Assembly: GCF_900176635.1 (NCBI RefSeq)
Contig: NZ_FXLN01000003.1
Span: 545,374 to 609,373 of the forward strand
Origin: Clostridium merdae
GTDB lineage: Bacteria > Bacillota > Clostridia > Oscillospirales > Acutalibacteraceae
Length of the DNA stretch: 64,000 nt
Reading direction: 5' to 3'
A program made the translations under genes and the position numbers. The notes under the pieces were generated by a model that ran no database searches, had not been told where the DNA came from, and worked only from the letters and a program-made list of their open reading frames with translations. Below, one piece after another: positions 20,070-30,216 of the stretch. The stretch's first letter is position 1. Every line of letters begins with the position of its first letter.

Positions 20070-20374
20070 GGAATAAGCGCTTATCGTTAGACCAATTTAC
20101 AGAAGGCCTTGCAGGATTTCAATTATATGCCCGGCAAGGGGAAAGTTCCGATACTGAGTACCACCGCATGCTACAAACACTTCGCAAGGCGATGGACGGC
20201 GAGCTCACAGACCGCCAGCGTGAATGCTTACAGCTTTGTTTCTTTGATGGCTTAACAGCTAGGCAGGCGGCAGATGAGCTTGCCATTCACGAGTCTACTG
20301 TAAGCAGGCACTTAAAAAAAGCACGCCAGCGCTTGGGGCGCGTGCTTTTATACTCATTTGACCGCCTGGAATAA
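20066..20374 (+). CDS. Small sigma-70 region-4-like DNA-binding protein (ArpU/YlxM-like HTH)
   Basis: LTDRQRECLQLCFFDGLTARQAADELAIHESTVSRHLKKARQRL. Start placed at the TTG at 20066, 6 nt after an AGAGGTGG RBS. Confidence 0.5.
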   Translation: MRNKRLSLDQFTEGLAGFQLYARQGESSDTEYHRMLQTLRKAMDGELTDRQRECLQLCFFDGLTARQAADELAIHESTVSRHLKKARQRLGRVLLYSFDRLE

Positions 20375-20376
20375 TA

Positions 20377-20405
20377 TTGACAAATACCCTGCCCTGCTGT
20401 AAAAT
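20377..20405 (+). promoter_or_regulatory. Consensus sigma-70 promoter for tRNA-Arg
   Basis: TTGACA, 17 nt, TAAAAT. Confidence 0.7.
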
Positions 20406-20456
20406 AAAACAGCTAGTTGCCCTGCGGGGCAGGGTTTCCATTACCATTTATCATTT

Positions 20457-20533
20457 GTCTCCGTAGCTCAGCTGGATAGAGCGTTCGCCTCCTAAGCGAA
20501 AGGCCGTGCGTTCAAATCGCGCCGGGGACGCCA
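20457..20533 (+). tRNA. tRNA-Arg (anticodon CCT)
   Basis: Cloverleaf GTCTCCG/CGGGGAC acceptor stem. Anticodon loop CTCCTAA. TTCAAAT T-loop. Encoded CCA. Confidence 0.9.
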
Positions 20534-20580
20534 CAAAAACAGCCTGCAAACAAAAAAGTTTGCAGGCTGTTTTTGTGGCG
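20534..20580 (+). terminator. Rho-independent terminator after tRNA-Arg
   Basis: AAAACAGCCTGCAAAC...GTTTGCAGGCTGTTTTTG. Confidence 0.8.
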
Positions 20581-20739
20581 TCTTGACAGCAATGATATAA
20601 TAAGTTAGTTATAACTAATTGGACATTGAGATTAAATTTATGTGTACATCGAATTATACATGCATTAACTTAATCACACATGTAAAAACGCGAATGCAAC
20701 TGTTAGTATTAACGAACACAGTGAAAAAGGAGAACTAAA

Positions 20740-21693
20740 ATGTTTCAGAGAACAAAAAACAAAGGTATTATTGCGGTAATGCTCTCCATGACATTACTCT
20801 TTTCCGCATGCAATATGTCAACTGAAAAAACGGATGAAAAGAACAATCTATCCTCCCCAGCTTCCGTGAGTGAGGTTTCTAATTTGTCAGACACTAAAAC
20901 AATTCATATGGAATATGGAGATGTCGAAATTCCAAAGAACCCTCAAAAAGTTATTATCGCTTATAACCAAGGTGATTTAATCGCTCTTGGCATCACCCCG
21001 GTAGGCGCTACCTTTAGCGAAGGTTCCGCATTTGAAGAATTAGCAAAAGATGTCACAATAATCGATGGATGGGAAGTTCATCCGGAAGAGCTTATGTCAT
21101 TAAATCCTGACTTAATCATTTGGGGTAGCTATGATCAAAATAGTTATGCGACCTTATCTAAAATCGCACCTACTTTAGCAGATAACTTTTTTAGTATGAG
21201 CTATGATAAGCGCCTTCGCTTTTTCGGTGAAATATTTAATCGCGAAGAAAAAGCAGAAGAACTGATAAAATCATTTAATCAAAAACTAGCAGATTCCAAA
21301 TCGAAATTAGCGAAAGCTGGGCTACAAAACAAGAGTATTGCTTGTGTTGAAGTATTTGGCGGCATGGTGCGCGCTTATGAAGCCGGACGAGGCGGTAATC
21401 TTGTTTATAATATGTTAGGTATTTCCGTTCCAGAAAAATTGTCAAGAGCATTTAAAGATGGCGCTGTGGACCTTTCATATGAAGTACTCCCAGAGTATAT
21501 GGGCGATTATATACTGCTGAATACCGGAAAAGAAAGATTAGCTGATAACAAAGTGTGGGAAAACCTTCCCGCCGTAAAAGAAGGCAGGCTGATTCAGGCT
21601 TCATCCGATATGTTTTGGTTTAATGATATTCTTTCGTTATCTGCTCAAATCGACATTATTACGAATAAAATGTTGGAACCCACCCAATCATAA
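20740..21693 (+). CDS. ABC-transporter substrate-binding lipoprotein (TroA/FecB siderophore- or cobalamin-type PBP). Orphan: no cognate permease or ATPase adjacent.
   Basis: Lipobox LLFSAC, then a class-III PBP-like sequence. Confidence 0.75.
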   Translation: MFQRTKNKGIIAVMLSMTLLFSACNMSTEKTDEKNNLSSPASVSEVSNLSDTKTIHMEYGDVEIPKNPQKVIIAYNQGDLIALGITPVGATFSEGSAFEELAKDVTIIDGWEVHPEELMSLNPDLIIWGSYDQNSYATLSKIAPTLADNFFSMSYDKRLRFFGEIFNREEKAEELIKSFNQKLADSKSKLAKAGLQNKSIACVEVFGGMVRAYEAGRGGNLVYNMLGISVPEKLSRAFKDGAVDLSYEVLPEYMGDYILLNTGKERLADNKVWENLPAVKEGRLIQASSDMFWFNDILSLSAQIDIITNKMLEPTQS

Positions 21694-21822
21694 AACTGTT
21701 CGTGCACAAAAATACGCAAACGAATCTTACAACTAATTAAATAGATAAAAAATTCCAACAGCTGCAAGCTCTTTACAAATGTGCTTGCAGCTGTTCTTTT
21801 TTAAATTAACGAGACTTTTTTC

Positions 21823-23193
21823 TCAATTACTGCTACGCAATTCTAATGTGACACTTGCACCCGGCCCATCTTCGCGGTTGGCAATGATTAGCCTACCGCC
21901 ATGTTTTTCTGCTGCAATTCTTGCAATATACAGCCCAAGTCCGTAATGCTTACCACTGCGCGCCGCTTGCTCCGTGTAAAATTGTTTGTCCGCATTTTTC
22001 AGCGCTTCTGCAGAAAATCCGGAACCTCTGTCCGCAACGGTAACAGATACGAAACCCTCTGCCCCTCCGGTTATTCCCAAGGTAATAAGAGAACCCTCTT
22101 GCGAATGCTCGACTGCATTATTTAACAGGTTAATTACCGCACTGCTAATTAGAAATCGGTCACCTGTAAAATTCTCCGGCATTTCTTTTGCTTGTAACAC
22201 AAAATCAATATTCTTTGTCTTACAGAGTGCCATACCCTGCTTTTTCAATTCATTTACTAGCTCTGGAAGAGCAAACAGCTGCTGGTTGGTATTTTCAGCA
22301 TCCTTTGAAAGTGATGCCGCAGAAATCAAAAGGCGGGTGTAATTCTCAATTTTATCTGCACTTGATTCAATGTATTTCAGCAATTCTTTGTCTTCGGCTT
22401 GCTTGGAACTCTCCAGCAATAATTCTGTATTCCCTTTAATCACCGTAAGCGGAGTTTTCAGGTCATGTGCGATGGCAGAGATCTGAAAATTTTTGCTCTG
22501 CTCCATATTCCACTGCTCTTTTAAAGACGTGGAAAGAGCGGTTTTTAAATCGTCAATGGAGAGAAGCACCGTGTTTAGTTCCCGTATTCGAGTAGGGTGA
22601 ATTTCAAAATCCAAATCCTTTTGCCGAATGGCATCTGTTGCTTTGGTAAGGGGTGTCAGCTCTATTTTCAGGCGTTTGCTAAATTTTAGTGCGATGAGCA
22701 CTGCAACTAACAGGAAACATAAAAAAAGAAAGAGTAACCCTGCCAACTCTGGATTCGGAACGACTTTGTGCATCTGTGGGTTTGCAAAATGCACAATAAT
22801 GTCAAATTCAACAATTAGAAGGCTTCCGTCTGCCCGCAAAATACGCCGATATTGGTTCTGTGGCAGTTCTTCTTTGGCGGCAACAGCTCCCTTAATTTTT
22901 ATGATCGCATTTTCAGGCATATCGGTTTGTAGCAACACATTTTCATCGTTAAAAAGTGCATAGGTGCAGGGGTATGGTACTTCAGCAGGCTCAAACGGCA
23001 CACTTGTGGCAAGCTTGCTTTCACTACTCTGGAGTGCCCGCTCTGCATGGTTCGCCGTCAAAAGAATTCCTGTGTTCATTGCAAAATAAAAAATAGCAAA
23101 CATAGCAAATACCAACAATAGCAAAATCAGCCAAAACCCCATTAAGTAACGTAAAAACAGCATTGATAGGGAGGACGCTTTCTTCACTTCCAT
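21823..23193 (-). CDS. Sensor histidine kinase (two TM helices, HisKA and HATPase_c domains)
   Basis: H-box IAHDLKTPLT and the G-box region. Start placed at MEVKKAS, overlapping the end of the response regulator. Confidence 0.85.
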   Translation of the reverse strand: MEVKKASSLSMLFLRYLMGFWLILLLLVFAMFAIFYFAMNTGILLTANHAERALQSSESKLATSVPFEPAEVPYPCTYALFNDENVLLQTDMPENAIIKIKGAVAAKEELPQNQYRRILRADGSLLIVEFDIIVHFANPQMHKVVPNPELAGLLFLFLCFLLVAVLIALKFSKRLKIELTPLTKATDAIRQKDLDFEIHPTRIRELNTVLLSIDDLKTALSTSLKEQWNMEQSKNFQISAIAHDLKTPLTVIKGNTELLLESSKQAEDKELLKYIESSADKIENYTRLLISAASLSKDAENTNQQLFALPELVNELKKQGMALCKTKNIDFVLQAKEMPENFTGDRFLISSAVINLLNNAVEHSQEGSLITLGITGGAEGFVSVTVADRGSGFSAEALKNADKQFYTEQAARSGKHYGLGLYIARIAAEKHGGRLIIANREDGPGASVTLELRSSN

Positions 23194-23843
23194 GTATAGC
23201 CTACCCCCCATACCGTTTCAATGGGACAATTCCCGTACTTCGTAAACTTTGTGCGAATGTTCTTTACATGCACACGAATCGCCGCAATATCGCTTTGGGA
23301 ATTAAAGCCCAATATTTGCTCCAGTAGATATTCCAGCGAAAATACCTGCCCCTTTCTGCGAGCTAGCAGCTCGCAGATTTCATATTCACTTTTGGTAAGC
23401 GGAAGAACTTGGTCGTCATAAAACACTTTTTTCTCAGATAAATCGAACCGCACCTTACCTAACAGCAGCGTTTGGTGGTGCTCCCGGTGCTCTCTTCGCA
23501 GGTGAGCCGATACACGGGCACGCAGCTCTGCAAGGCTAAATGGTTTTTTAATATAATCATCCGCTCCAATAGAAAGCCCATCTACAAGGTCCTGATCCAT
23601 TGTTTTTGCAGTAATAAAAAGAATAGGCGCATCCACATTTTGTCGTATGTGTTTACAAAAGGAAAAGCCGTCGAGCTCCGGCATCATTACATCTAGCAAA
23701 ATAAGGTCATAGACTTTTAAATCTTGGGGAGTCAGACCAACCGCGCTGTTTTTACAGGTAACGCAGTGCCCATCTCTTGTTAAGGCATTCTCAATCAGCT
23801 TGCAGATTCCCGCATCATCGTCAATTGCAATTATATTTGCCAT
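23184..23843 (-). CDS. OmpR-family response regulator
   Basis: Receiver domain (DDDAGICKL...ILLDVMMPELDG) and a winged-helix C-terminus. Confidence 0.9.
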   Translation of the reverse strand: MANIIAIDDDAGICKLIENALTRDGHCVTCKNSAVGLTPQDLKVYDLILLDVMMPELDGFSFCKHIRQNVDAPILFITAKTMDQDLVDGLSIGADDYIKKPFSLAELRARVSAHLRREHREHHQTLLLGKVRFDLSEKKVFYDDQVLPLTKSEYEICELLARRKGQVFSLEYLLEQILGFNSQSDIAAIRVHVKNIRTKFTKYGNCPIETVWGVGYTWK

Positions 23844-23970
23844 TCTACCGCCTCCTTTGCACCTCTTTTATTATCATGACTTTTAAATCTATTGTATCAT
23901 CTTTTTAAGTGTATATGTTTTTAGAGAATCAATTTATAATCAAAAAAGATATTAACAGGTGCATAAAAGT

Positions 23971-24729
23971 TCACTCTGTCCCGTCCTTTCTGCCCTCCCA
24001 TCTGTTGCTCCATAAAAACAAAACAGATAACAATACAAGGCAATATACCGCAAAAACAGCCAAACTGGTTTTCACACCGGAGGCTTCCAAAAATGCAAGC
24101 CCCTTTGTATTTGCCTCCACCAAAATGGTGCAATAGCGAGTTGCCATACCCCACGGTAAAAAAGGCCAAATACCATCCCCCAGACCTGTAATCAGCAATG
24201 CCGAAAGCAAGCTGCCTATTAGCCCTAGGCCAAGCCCTATCCCTTTTCCTAAAGAAAAACTCAATAAATATTCCAAAAGGTACAACGGCATATTCCCTAA
24301 GAATAAGAGCAGGGCTGCCTGCCAAAAAAGTGACATGGGCAGTAAGGTATTCCCTGTTGCAGTAAATACAACTCCGAACCCACAAACAGCCACAACGCAG
24401 GCAAGAAGTCCAAATAACAATAATACGCTTAACTTGCTAAAATGCGGTGTTTGTCTCTTACCCGGCCAAGCAAGCATCAATTGAAATCCTCCGGCATTTA
24501 GCTCTTGTTCGCTGGCCATTACTACAATGATTCCAGTTAAAAACGGGAATACAAGCGCCAAAGCCTGTAAATAAGCTATCACTTTCAGAATCTCATCCCA
24601 ACGCGACGTATTGTAATAGAGAAGAAAGATGCCCGCACCCAAAAGCGGGACCAGCAGGTGGATTGGCATAAGTGCGGAGTGTATAAATCGGTACGTATCT
24701 GACCGTAAATTACGAGTGAAAGTCTGCAT
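23971..24729 (-). CDS. Lantibiotic-immunity-type ABC-2 permease (LanE/MutE-like)
   Basis: Six-TM ABC-2 permease. Start placed at MQTFTRNL. Confidence 0.65.
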   Translation of the reverse strand: MQTFTRNLRSDTYRFIHSALMPIHLLVPLLGAGIFLLYYNTSRWDEILKVIAYLQALALVFPFLTGIIVVMASEQELNAGGFQLMLAWPGKRQTPHFSKLSVLLLFGLLACVVAVCGFGVVFTATGNTLLPMSLFWQAALLLFLGNMPLYLLEYLLSFSLGKGIGLGLGLIGSLLSALLITGLGDGIWPFLPWGMATRYCTILVEANTKGLAFLEASGVKTSLAVFAVYCLVLLSVLFLWSNRWEGRKDGTE

Positions 24730-24731
24730 GG

Positions 24732-25454
24732 TTATACCTCCTTTTTTTGGAACCACCTTGTCGTTACCACCGTAGCTAGCAGGAACAGCGTAATCGAAAT
24801 CAACAAGCCCGGTACGATCACGCCCTTGTTTGTAAGCTCACTGCCTGCTTTTGCCCACAATCCATTTGGCAATACACCAATGATGGGGGTCATTAGGCGG
24901 GCTGGGATAGAAAAAGGGTTCCACCAAAGCTTCTCCGTTGCAAAAAATACTCCTACTCCCAAATTACACGCAAAACTAAGAAAGACAGCCGCAAAGGTTC
25001 CCAGTTTTTCGGTCACAAACATCCAAAGCGGAATCTGCCACGCAAAGGTAACAAAGAGCACCAGACTGCCCACTAACCCGGCAGCAACTGGAACTGTTTG
25101 CTCAAATACAAAGCCACCCAGTGCGGCACCTGCAAAAAAGAGCATGCAGGTAGCAAACAAATACATCGTTCCCAGTATAATTTGCGCCTGCCATAGCCTG
25201 CCTTTCTGTACGGCAATGCCAAACAAGCCATGTCTATTTTTTTGTTTCTCCCGTGCGGTCATAAATGCTGTAAACATGGTAAAGCTGCCAGGAAGTAAAA
25301 TGGTGTACCACCAATTATAAGCACCGTTTTGAAGATTGGCGCCTCCCATTAAAAATACACCCATCAGAAGCGTCAGCAAAGGTGCTAGCCAAACAAAATT
25401 CGGCTGAAAGGTGTGTTTCTGTTTCAGCCATTCCGATTTAACGAAATTAAGCAT
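24732..25454 (-). CDS. Lantibiotic-immunity-type ABC-2 permease (LanG/MutG-like)
   Basis: Six-TM ABC-2 permease paired with the previous one. Confidence 0.65.
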   Translation of the reverse strand: MLNFVKSEWLKQKHTFQPNFVWLAPLLTLLMGVFLMGGANLQNGAYNWWYTILLPGSFTMFTAFMTAREKQKNRHGLFGIAVQKGRLWQAQIILGTMYLFATCMLFFAGAALGGFVFEQTVPVAAGLVGSLVLFVTFAWQIPLWMFVTEKLGTFAAVFLSFACNLGVGVFFATEKLWWNPFSIPARLMTPIIGVLPNGLWAKAGSELTNKGVIVPGLLISITLFLLATVVTTRWFQKKEV

Positions 25455-26154
25455 TTTGTACACCCGCCTTTCTCACAACCTCCATAAACAGCTCCTCCAA
25501 ATCCCCCTCGGCATCAATTTTATCCTCATACCAAAGTCGTCCGTTAGCAACAATTCCAATGTGATTGGCAATGTGTTGTACCTCAGACAAAATATGGCTC
25601 GAGAGAATTACCGTAATACCCTGTGCGGGAAATGAGCGAATCAGCTCCCGCAGCTCCTCAATGCCAATCGGGTCAAGACCATTGGTCGGCTCATCCAAAA
25701 TAAGCAGCTTCGGGTGGTTCAATAGTGCCATGGCAATGCCCAGCCGTTGTTTCATGCCCATTGAAAAGTGACCCGCTTTCTTTTTACCGGTATTTGTTAG
25801 CCCCACTGTATGCAGCACTTCATCCATGCGGCTATCTGGCAAGCCATAAAGCAGGGTTCTAACCTTGAGATTCTCACGAGCAGTTAGGTTTTCATAAATG
25901 GGGGGTGATTCAATGAGTGCTCCAATATCCATCAGTGATTTGCGACTCCACGGCCTACCCTCAAAATAAATTTCACCCGATGTCGGCACAAGCATTCCTG
26001 TAAGAATTTTAAGCAAGGTGGATTTTCCCGCCCCGTTTGGTCCAAGAAGACCATACACCGAATTTTGCTCAACCGAGATTGAAATATTTTGATTTGCCGC
26101 TTGGCCCTTAAAATTCTTGCAAAGGTCTTTTGTTGTAAGTATATACTGCATCAA
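25447..26154 (-). CDS. ABC-transporter ATP-binding protein (LanF/MutF/SpaF type)
   Basis: Walker [10 protein letters not shown]. Signature motif. Walker [12 protein letters not shown]. Confidence 0.85.
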   Translation of the reverse strand: MMQYILTTKDLCKNFKGQAANQNISISVEQNSVYGLLGPNGAGKSTLLKILTGMLVPTSGEIYFEGRPWSRKSLMDIGALIESPPIYENLTARENLKVRTLLYGLPDSRMDEVLHTVGLTNTGKKKAGHFSMGMKQRLGIAMALLNHPKLLILDEPTNGLDPIGIEELRELIRSFPAQGITVILSSHILSEVQHIANHIGIVANGRLWYEDKIDAEGDLEELFMEVVRKAGVQNA

Positions 26155-26534
26155 AAACGCTCCTTTTGTTTTCTTGCTATTAGCATAGCGAGCGTTTCTA
26201 AAGATTTTATAAGCTTTTCAAATATAAAAGCATCATTTAAATTTAATAGTTATATTACAAAAAAAATAGACAAATAACAAACGCGCATTGCCCAAATGGC
26301 AAGAAATGCCTGTTTATTATTCGATGAATGAAGTAAAAAAATATATAATTCAATTCTATATGTAGTTTAGTAAGACAACAAAAGGAAAGAGTGCAACGCA
26401 TTTTTCAGCACCATTCCTGCAAATGGACAAGCTTTCCAACGTTATCTCGTTTCACAATTCTAAAAAATTTGTAATATTTGTATAAATTTTTTATTATATT
26501 TATCTTCAAAAACAGCTTTTTACTAAATTTAATC

Positions 26535-26563
26535 TTGACAAAATTTATCCAGTTTGCTAGAAT
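26535..26563 (+). promoter_or_regulatory. Consensus sigma-70 promoter for the Rrf2 operon
   Basis: TTGACA, 17 nt, TAGAAT. Confidence 0.7.
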
Positions 26564-26588
26564 GCAGACAGAAAGCGGAGGTGTCACA

Positions 26589-26999
26589 TTGCTCATCACA
26601 AAAGAAACGGATTATGCACTGCGAATTCTGCGCGCTCTGGCAGACGGTAACCGCCAAACTGCCGCTGAGCTAGCAACAAATGAGCAGATTCCCCAACAGT
26701 TCGCCTACAAAATATTGAAAAAGCTGGAGAAAGCGGGCTTTCTTCAAATCACACGCGGAGCAGAAGGTGGCTGTTCCTTAACGGTAGACCTTAATTCTAT
26801 TACGCTATACCAGCTAATTCGTGCTATGGAACGCGAGGCCGCTGTAAGCGCCTGCACCGAACCAGGTTACGAGTGTCCATGGCGAAAGGCGCACGGGGGT
26901 GAAATTTGCAAAGCACACGTTCAATTGGCACACATTCAAAAGGCCATTAACCGTGAGCTCAATTCACACACCTTGCAATCTATTTTATTTGGCAACTGA
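26589..26999 (+). CDS. Rrf2-family transcriptional regulator with a likely Fe-S-ligating Cys cluster
   Basis: ITKETDYALRILRALA N-terminal HTH. C-terminal Cys-rich stretch CTEPGYECPWRKAHGGEIC. Start at the TTG after an AAGCGGAGGTG RBS. Confidence 0.75.
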   Translation: MLITKETDYALRILRALADGNRQTAAELATNEQIPQQFAYKILKKLEKAGFLQITRGAEGGCSLTVDLNSITLYQLIRAMEREAAVSACTEPGYECPWRKAHGGEICKAHVQLAHIQKAINRELNSHTLQSILFGN

Positions 27000-27067
27000 C
27001 CTTCCCTCTCCATTTTTATTTGTAGCAAAAACCTAACGATAGATTAGTCGCAAAAGGAGGAAGCAAT

Positions 27068-28978
27068 ATGTTATTCAAGACCACACAGCAGCACGAGGAA
27101 CTCCGGGCGAAGGTTCGGAATTTTGCAGAGGAAAAAGTAAAGCCCCTGGCCTTTCTGCTGGATAAGGAAAATGAGTTCCCCGATGAAGCAGTAGCCGAAC
27201 TGGGGAAATTGGGACTGCTGGGCATCCCTTACCCCAAAGAGTGGGGCGGCCTGGGACTGGATATCATCAGCTATGCCATTGCAGTAGAAGAGCTCTCCCG
27301 TATTGATGGTGGCACCGGAGTGATTCTCTCTGCACATACCTCTTTAGGCACATGGCCCATATTTGCCTTTGGTAATGAGGCGCAAAAGAAAAAATACTTA
27401 ATCCCGTTATGTAAGGGTGAAAAGCTCGGAGCCTTTGGGCTAACCGAAACTAACGCAGGCTCCGATGCAGGCGGAACAGAAACCACCGCGATTGACAAAG
27501 GTGATTATTACTTATTAAACGGCAGCAAAATCTTTATTACCAATGCCCCCAAGGCAGATGTTTACGTTGTATTCGCTGTCACCACTCCAGACATAGGTAC
27601 GCACGGCATTTCGGCATTTATTGTTGAAAAGGGCTGGAAAGGCTTTGAGTTTGGTGACCATTACGATAAAATGGGCATTCGTTCCTCCTCTACTGCGGAA
27701 TTAATTTTTAACGATGTGAAAGTACCCAAAGAGAACCTTCTCGGCAAAGAGGGGGACGGCTTTAAAATCGCCATGGCTACGCTGGACGGCGGCCGTATCG
27801 GCATTGCTTCGCAGGCGCTGGGAATTGCACAGGGTGCGTTTGACCAAGCGGTGGATTACGCAAAAGAACGCGTTCAGTTCGGTAAGCCCATTGGTTTTCA
27901 GCAGGCAATCTCCTTTAAAATTGCAGATATGGCAACCAAGCTGCGCTGTGCACGCTTCCTGGTTTACTCTTCCGCAGAAATGAAGGAGCACCACGAGCCT
28001 TACGGCATGGAATCCGCGATGGCAAAACAATATGCCTCCGACATTGCACTTGAGGTTACAAACGATGCGCTCCAAATTTTCGGCGGCACCGGCTACCTAA
28101 AGGGCATGGAAGTAGAGCGTATGTACCGCGATGCAAAAATTACGACCATTTACGAGGGTACCAACGAGATTCAGCGTATTGTGATTGCCTCTCATATTCT
28201 AGGCAAACCGCCAAAGAAAGCGGGCGGAGCCGATCGCCGTATGCAAAAACCCGCACCCATTACCGGTGTGCGTAAAAAAGTTCTTTTTCGAGAAGGCGAC
28301 GCCAAAGAGCAGGTTCAGGCTTTGGCAGAGGCGCTCAAAAAGGATGGCTTCGACTTTACGGTCGGCATTGCACTTGATACCCCAATCGCTCGTGCGGAGC
28401 GCGTTGTTTCGGCGGGTAAGGGCATTGGGGAAAAGAAAAACATGAAGCTAATTGAAGTTTTGGCAAAGGCCGCAGGTGCTGCAATCGGCTCCTCCCGCCC
28501 AGTAGCGGAAACTCTCAAATACATTCCGCTCAACCGCTATGTGGGTATGTCCGGCCAAAAATTCACCGGCAACCTGTACATTGCGTGCGGTATTTCTGGT
28601 GCGACTCAGCACCTTAAGGGAATTAAAGACGCTTCCATTATTGTAGCAATCAATAAAAACGCAAATGCTCCTATCTTCAAAAACTGCGACTACGGTATTG
28701 TTGGCGACGTTAATGAGGTTCTTCCCTTGCTGGCGGAAGCTCTGGGCAACGGCGAAAAGCAACCCGCACCGCCCATGATTAAGATGAAGCGCCCGCAAAT
28801 GCCCAAACCCCAGCCGATTGGCCCCCGTTACGTATGCTGTGGCTGTGGCTACGAGTATGTACCGGAGCTGGGTGACGAAGAGAGCGAAATTGCTCCCGGT
28901 ACTTTGTTTGCAAAACTGCCGGAAGACTGGGTTTGCCCAGAGTGCGCCGAGCCCAAGGAACAGTTTATTGAGGCTTAA
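27068..28978 (+). CDS. Three-domain fusion: short-chain acyl-CoA dehydrogenase, then an ETF-alpha C-terminal FAD-binding domain, then rubredoxin
   Basis: Residues 1-380 are ACAD-like (GLGLDIISYAIAVEELSR...IYEGTNEIQR). Residues 400-560 carry IACGISGATQHLKGIKDASIIVAINKNANAPIF, characteristic of the EtfA FAD domain. The C-terminus carries CCGCGYEY...CPEC, a rubredoxin motif. Confidence 0.85.
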   Translation: MLFKTTQQHEELRAKVRNFAEEKVKPLAFLLDKENEFPDEAVAELGKLGLLGIPYPKEWGGLGLDIISYAIAVEELSRIDGGTGVILSAHTSLGTWPIFAFGNEAQKKKYLIPLCKGEKLGAFGLTETNAGSDAGGTETTAIDKGDYYLLNGSKIFITNAPKADVYVVFAVTTPDIGTHGISAFIVEKGWKGFEFGDHYDKMGIRSSSTAELIFNDVKVPKENLLGKEGDGFKIAMATLDGGRIGIASQALGIAQGAFDQAVDYAKERVQFGKPIGFQQAISFKIADMATKLRCARFLVYSSAEMKEHHEPYGMESAMAKQYASDIALEVTNDALQIFGGTGYLKGMEVERMYRDAKITTIYEGTNEIQRIVIASHILGKPPKKAGGADRRMQKPAPITGVRKKVLFREGDAKEQVQALAEALKKDGFDFTVGIALDTPIARAERVVSAGKGIGEKKNMKLIEVLAKAAGAAIGSSRPVAETLKYIPLNRYVGMSGQKFTGNLYIACGISGATQHLKGIKDASIIVAINKNANAPIFKNCDYGIVGDVNEVLPLLAEALGNGEKQPAPPMIKMKRPQMPKPQPIGPRYVCCGCGYEYVPELGDEESEIAPGTLFAKLPEDWVCPECAEPKEQFIEA

Positions 28979-28995
28979 TAGAGGGAGGTAAAACG

Positions 28996-30216
28996 ATGTA
29001 TTGCGTCAGAAATGTTACCGAAGATTTATATTGGGTAGGAGCCAATGACCACCGGCTCGCCCTGTTTGAAAATGCGTATCCCATCCCCAGAGGTGTTTCT
29101 TATAACTCTTACCTACTGTTGGATGAAAAAACTGTATTGTTCGATACCGTCGATTGGTGCTCCTGCCGCCAGCTGGTCGAAAATGCTCAGCATGTACTAA
29201 ACGGCAGACCTCTCGATTACCTTGTCATCAATCACTTAGAGCCAGATCACGCCGCCTCTATTGATGAGATTCTGCTTCGCTGGCCAGATATTACTATCAT
29301 CAGTAACGAAAAAGCCTTCATGCTGATGCGCCAGTTCGGCTTCCATGTGGATGAACACAAAATGGTAGAGGTGGCAGAGGGTGATACCTTTAGCTTCGGC
29401 AAGCACACCGTCACCTTTGTATTTGCTCCCATGGTTCACTGGCCGGAGGTTATGGTTACGTTCGATGTTACAAACGGTGTTCTGTTCTCTGCCGATGCGT
29501 TTGGTACCTTTGGCGCTCTGGACGGCAAACTGTTTGCAGACGAAGTGAATTTTGACCGAGACTGGCTTGACGATGCCCGCCGTTACCTTACCAACATTGT
29601 TGGTAAATATGGCCCGCACATCCAGCTTCTACTGAAAAAAGCAGGCGGCATACTAGACCAGATTAAAATCATCTGCCCGCTGCACGGTCCCGTTTGGCGT
29701 GAAGATTTAATGTACTTTATTCAAAAGTACGACACCTGGAGCCGTTATGCACCAGAAGAAAAAGGCGTTCTGGTGGTTTATGCCTCCATGTACGGCAACA
29801 CCGAGTCTGCCGCGCAGGCACTGGCTGCCAAGCTTTGCGATAAAGGTATGACGAATATTGCATTATACGATGTTTCTTCTACCGATGTATCACAGCTTAT
29901 TTCTGAATCCTTTAAATACAGCCATATTGTGCTTGCCTCCGTTACTTATAATCTGGGTATTTACCCAGCCATGCACAACTTCCTTCTTGATATGAAGGCA
30001 TTGAACGTGCAAAAGCGTACGGTCGCCATTATTGAAAATGGCTCTTGGGCTTGCTGCTCCGGCGATTTAATGCACAAGTTCCTTACCGAAGAGATGAAGG
30101 ATATGAACGTGCTCAATGAGCGAATCAGTATGGCCTCTTCTCTTGGAGCAGATAAGGTAGTAGAGCTGGATACGCTTGCAGATGCCATTTTAGATTCGAT
30201 GAAGGAAGAAAACTAA
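28996..30216 (+). CDS. Flavodiiron protein (FprA; rubredoxin:oxygen / NO reductase type)
   Basis: Metallo-beta-lactamase-like diiron domain (HLEPDH) plus a C-terminal flavodoxin domain. Confidence 0.9.
   Translation: MYCVRNVTEDLYWVGANDHRLALFENAYPIPRGVSYNSYLLLDEKTVLFDTVDWCSCRQLVENAQHVLNGRPLDYLVINHLEPDHAASIDEILLRWPDITIISNEKAFMLMRQFGFHVDEHKMVEVAEGDTFSFGKHTVTFVFAPMVHWPEVMVTFDVTNGVLFSADAFGTFGALDGKLFADEVNFDRDWLDDARRYLTNIVGKYGPHIQLLLKKAGGILDQIKIICPLHGPVWREDLMYFIQKYDTWSRYAPEEKGVLVVYASMYGNTESAAQALAAKLCDKGMTNIALYDVSSTDVSQLISESFKYSHIVLASVTYNLGIYPAMHNFLLDMKALNVQKRTVAIIENGSWACCSGDLMHKFLTEEMKDMNVLNERISMASSLGADKVVELDTLADAILDSMKEEN

Noticed and set aside
20534-20740. Integrase-mediated island at the 3' end of tRNA-Arg(CCT)
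   Set aside because: No integrase gene is present, and no direct repeat of the tRNA 3' end was found by eye in the following sequence. Only a terminator and the promoter region of the SBP gene are there.
26155-26500. Lanthipeptide precursor ORF upstream of lanF
   Set aside because: The only small ORFs (26089..26277 and 26405..26599) are AT-rich and low-complexity. They have no leader or core-peptide features and no RBS.
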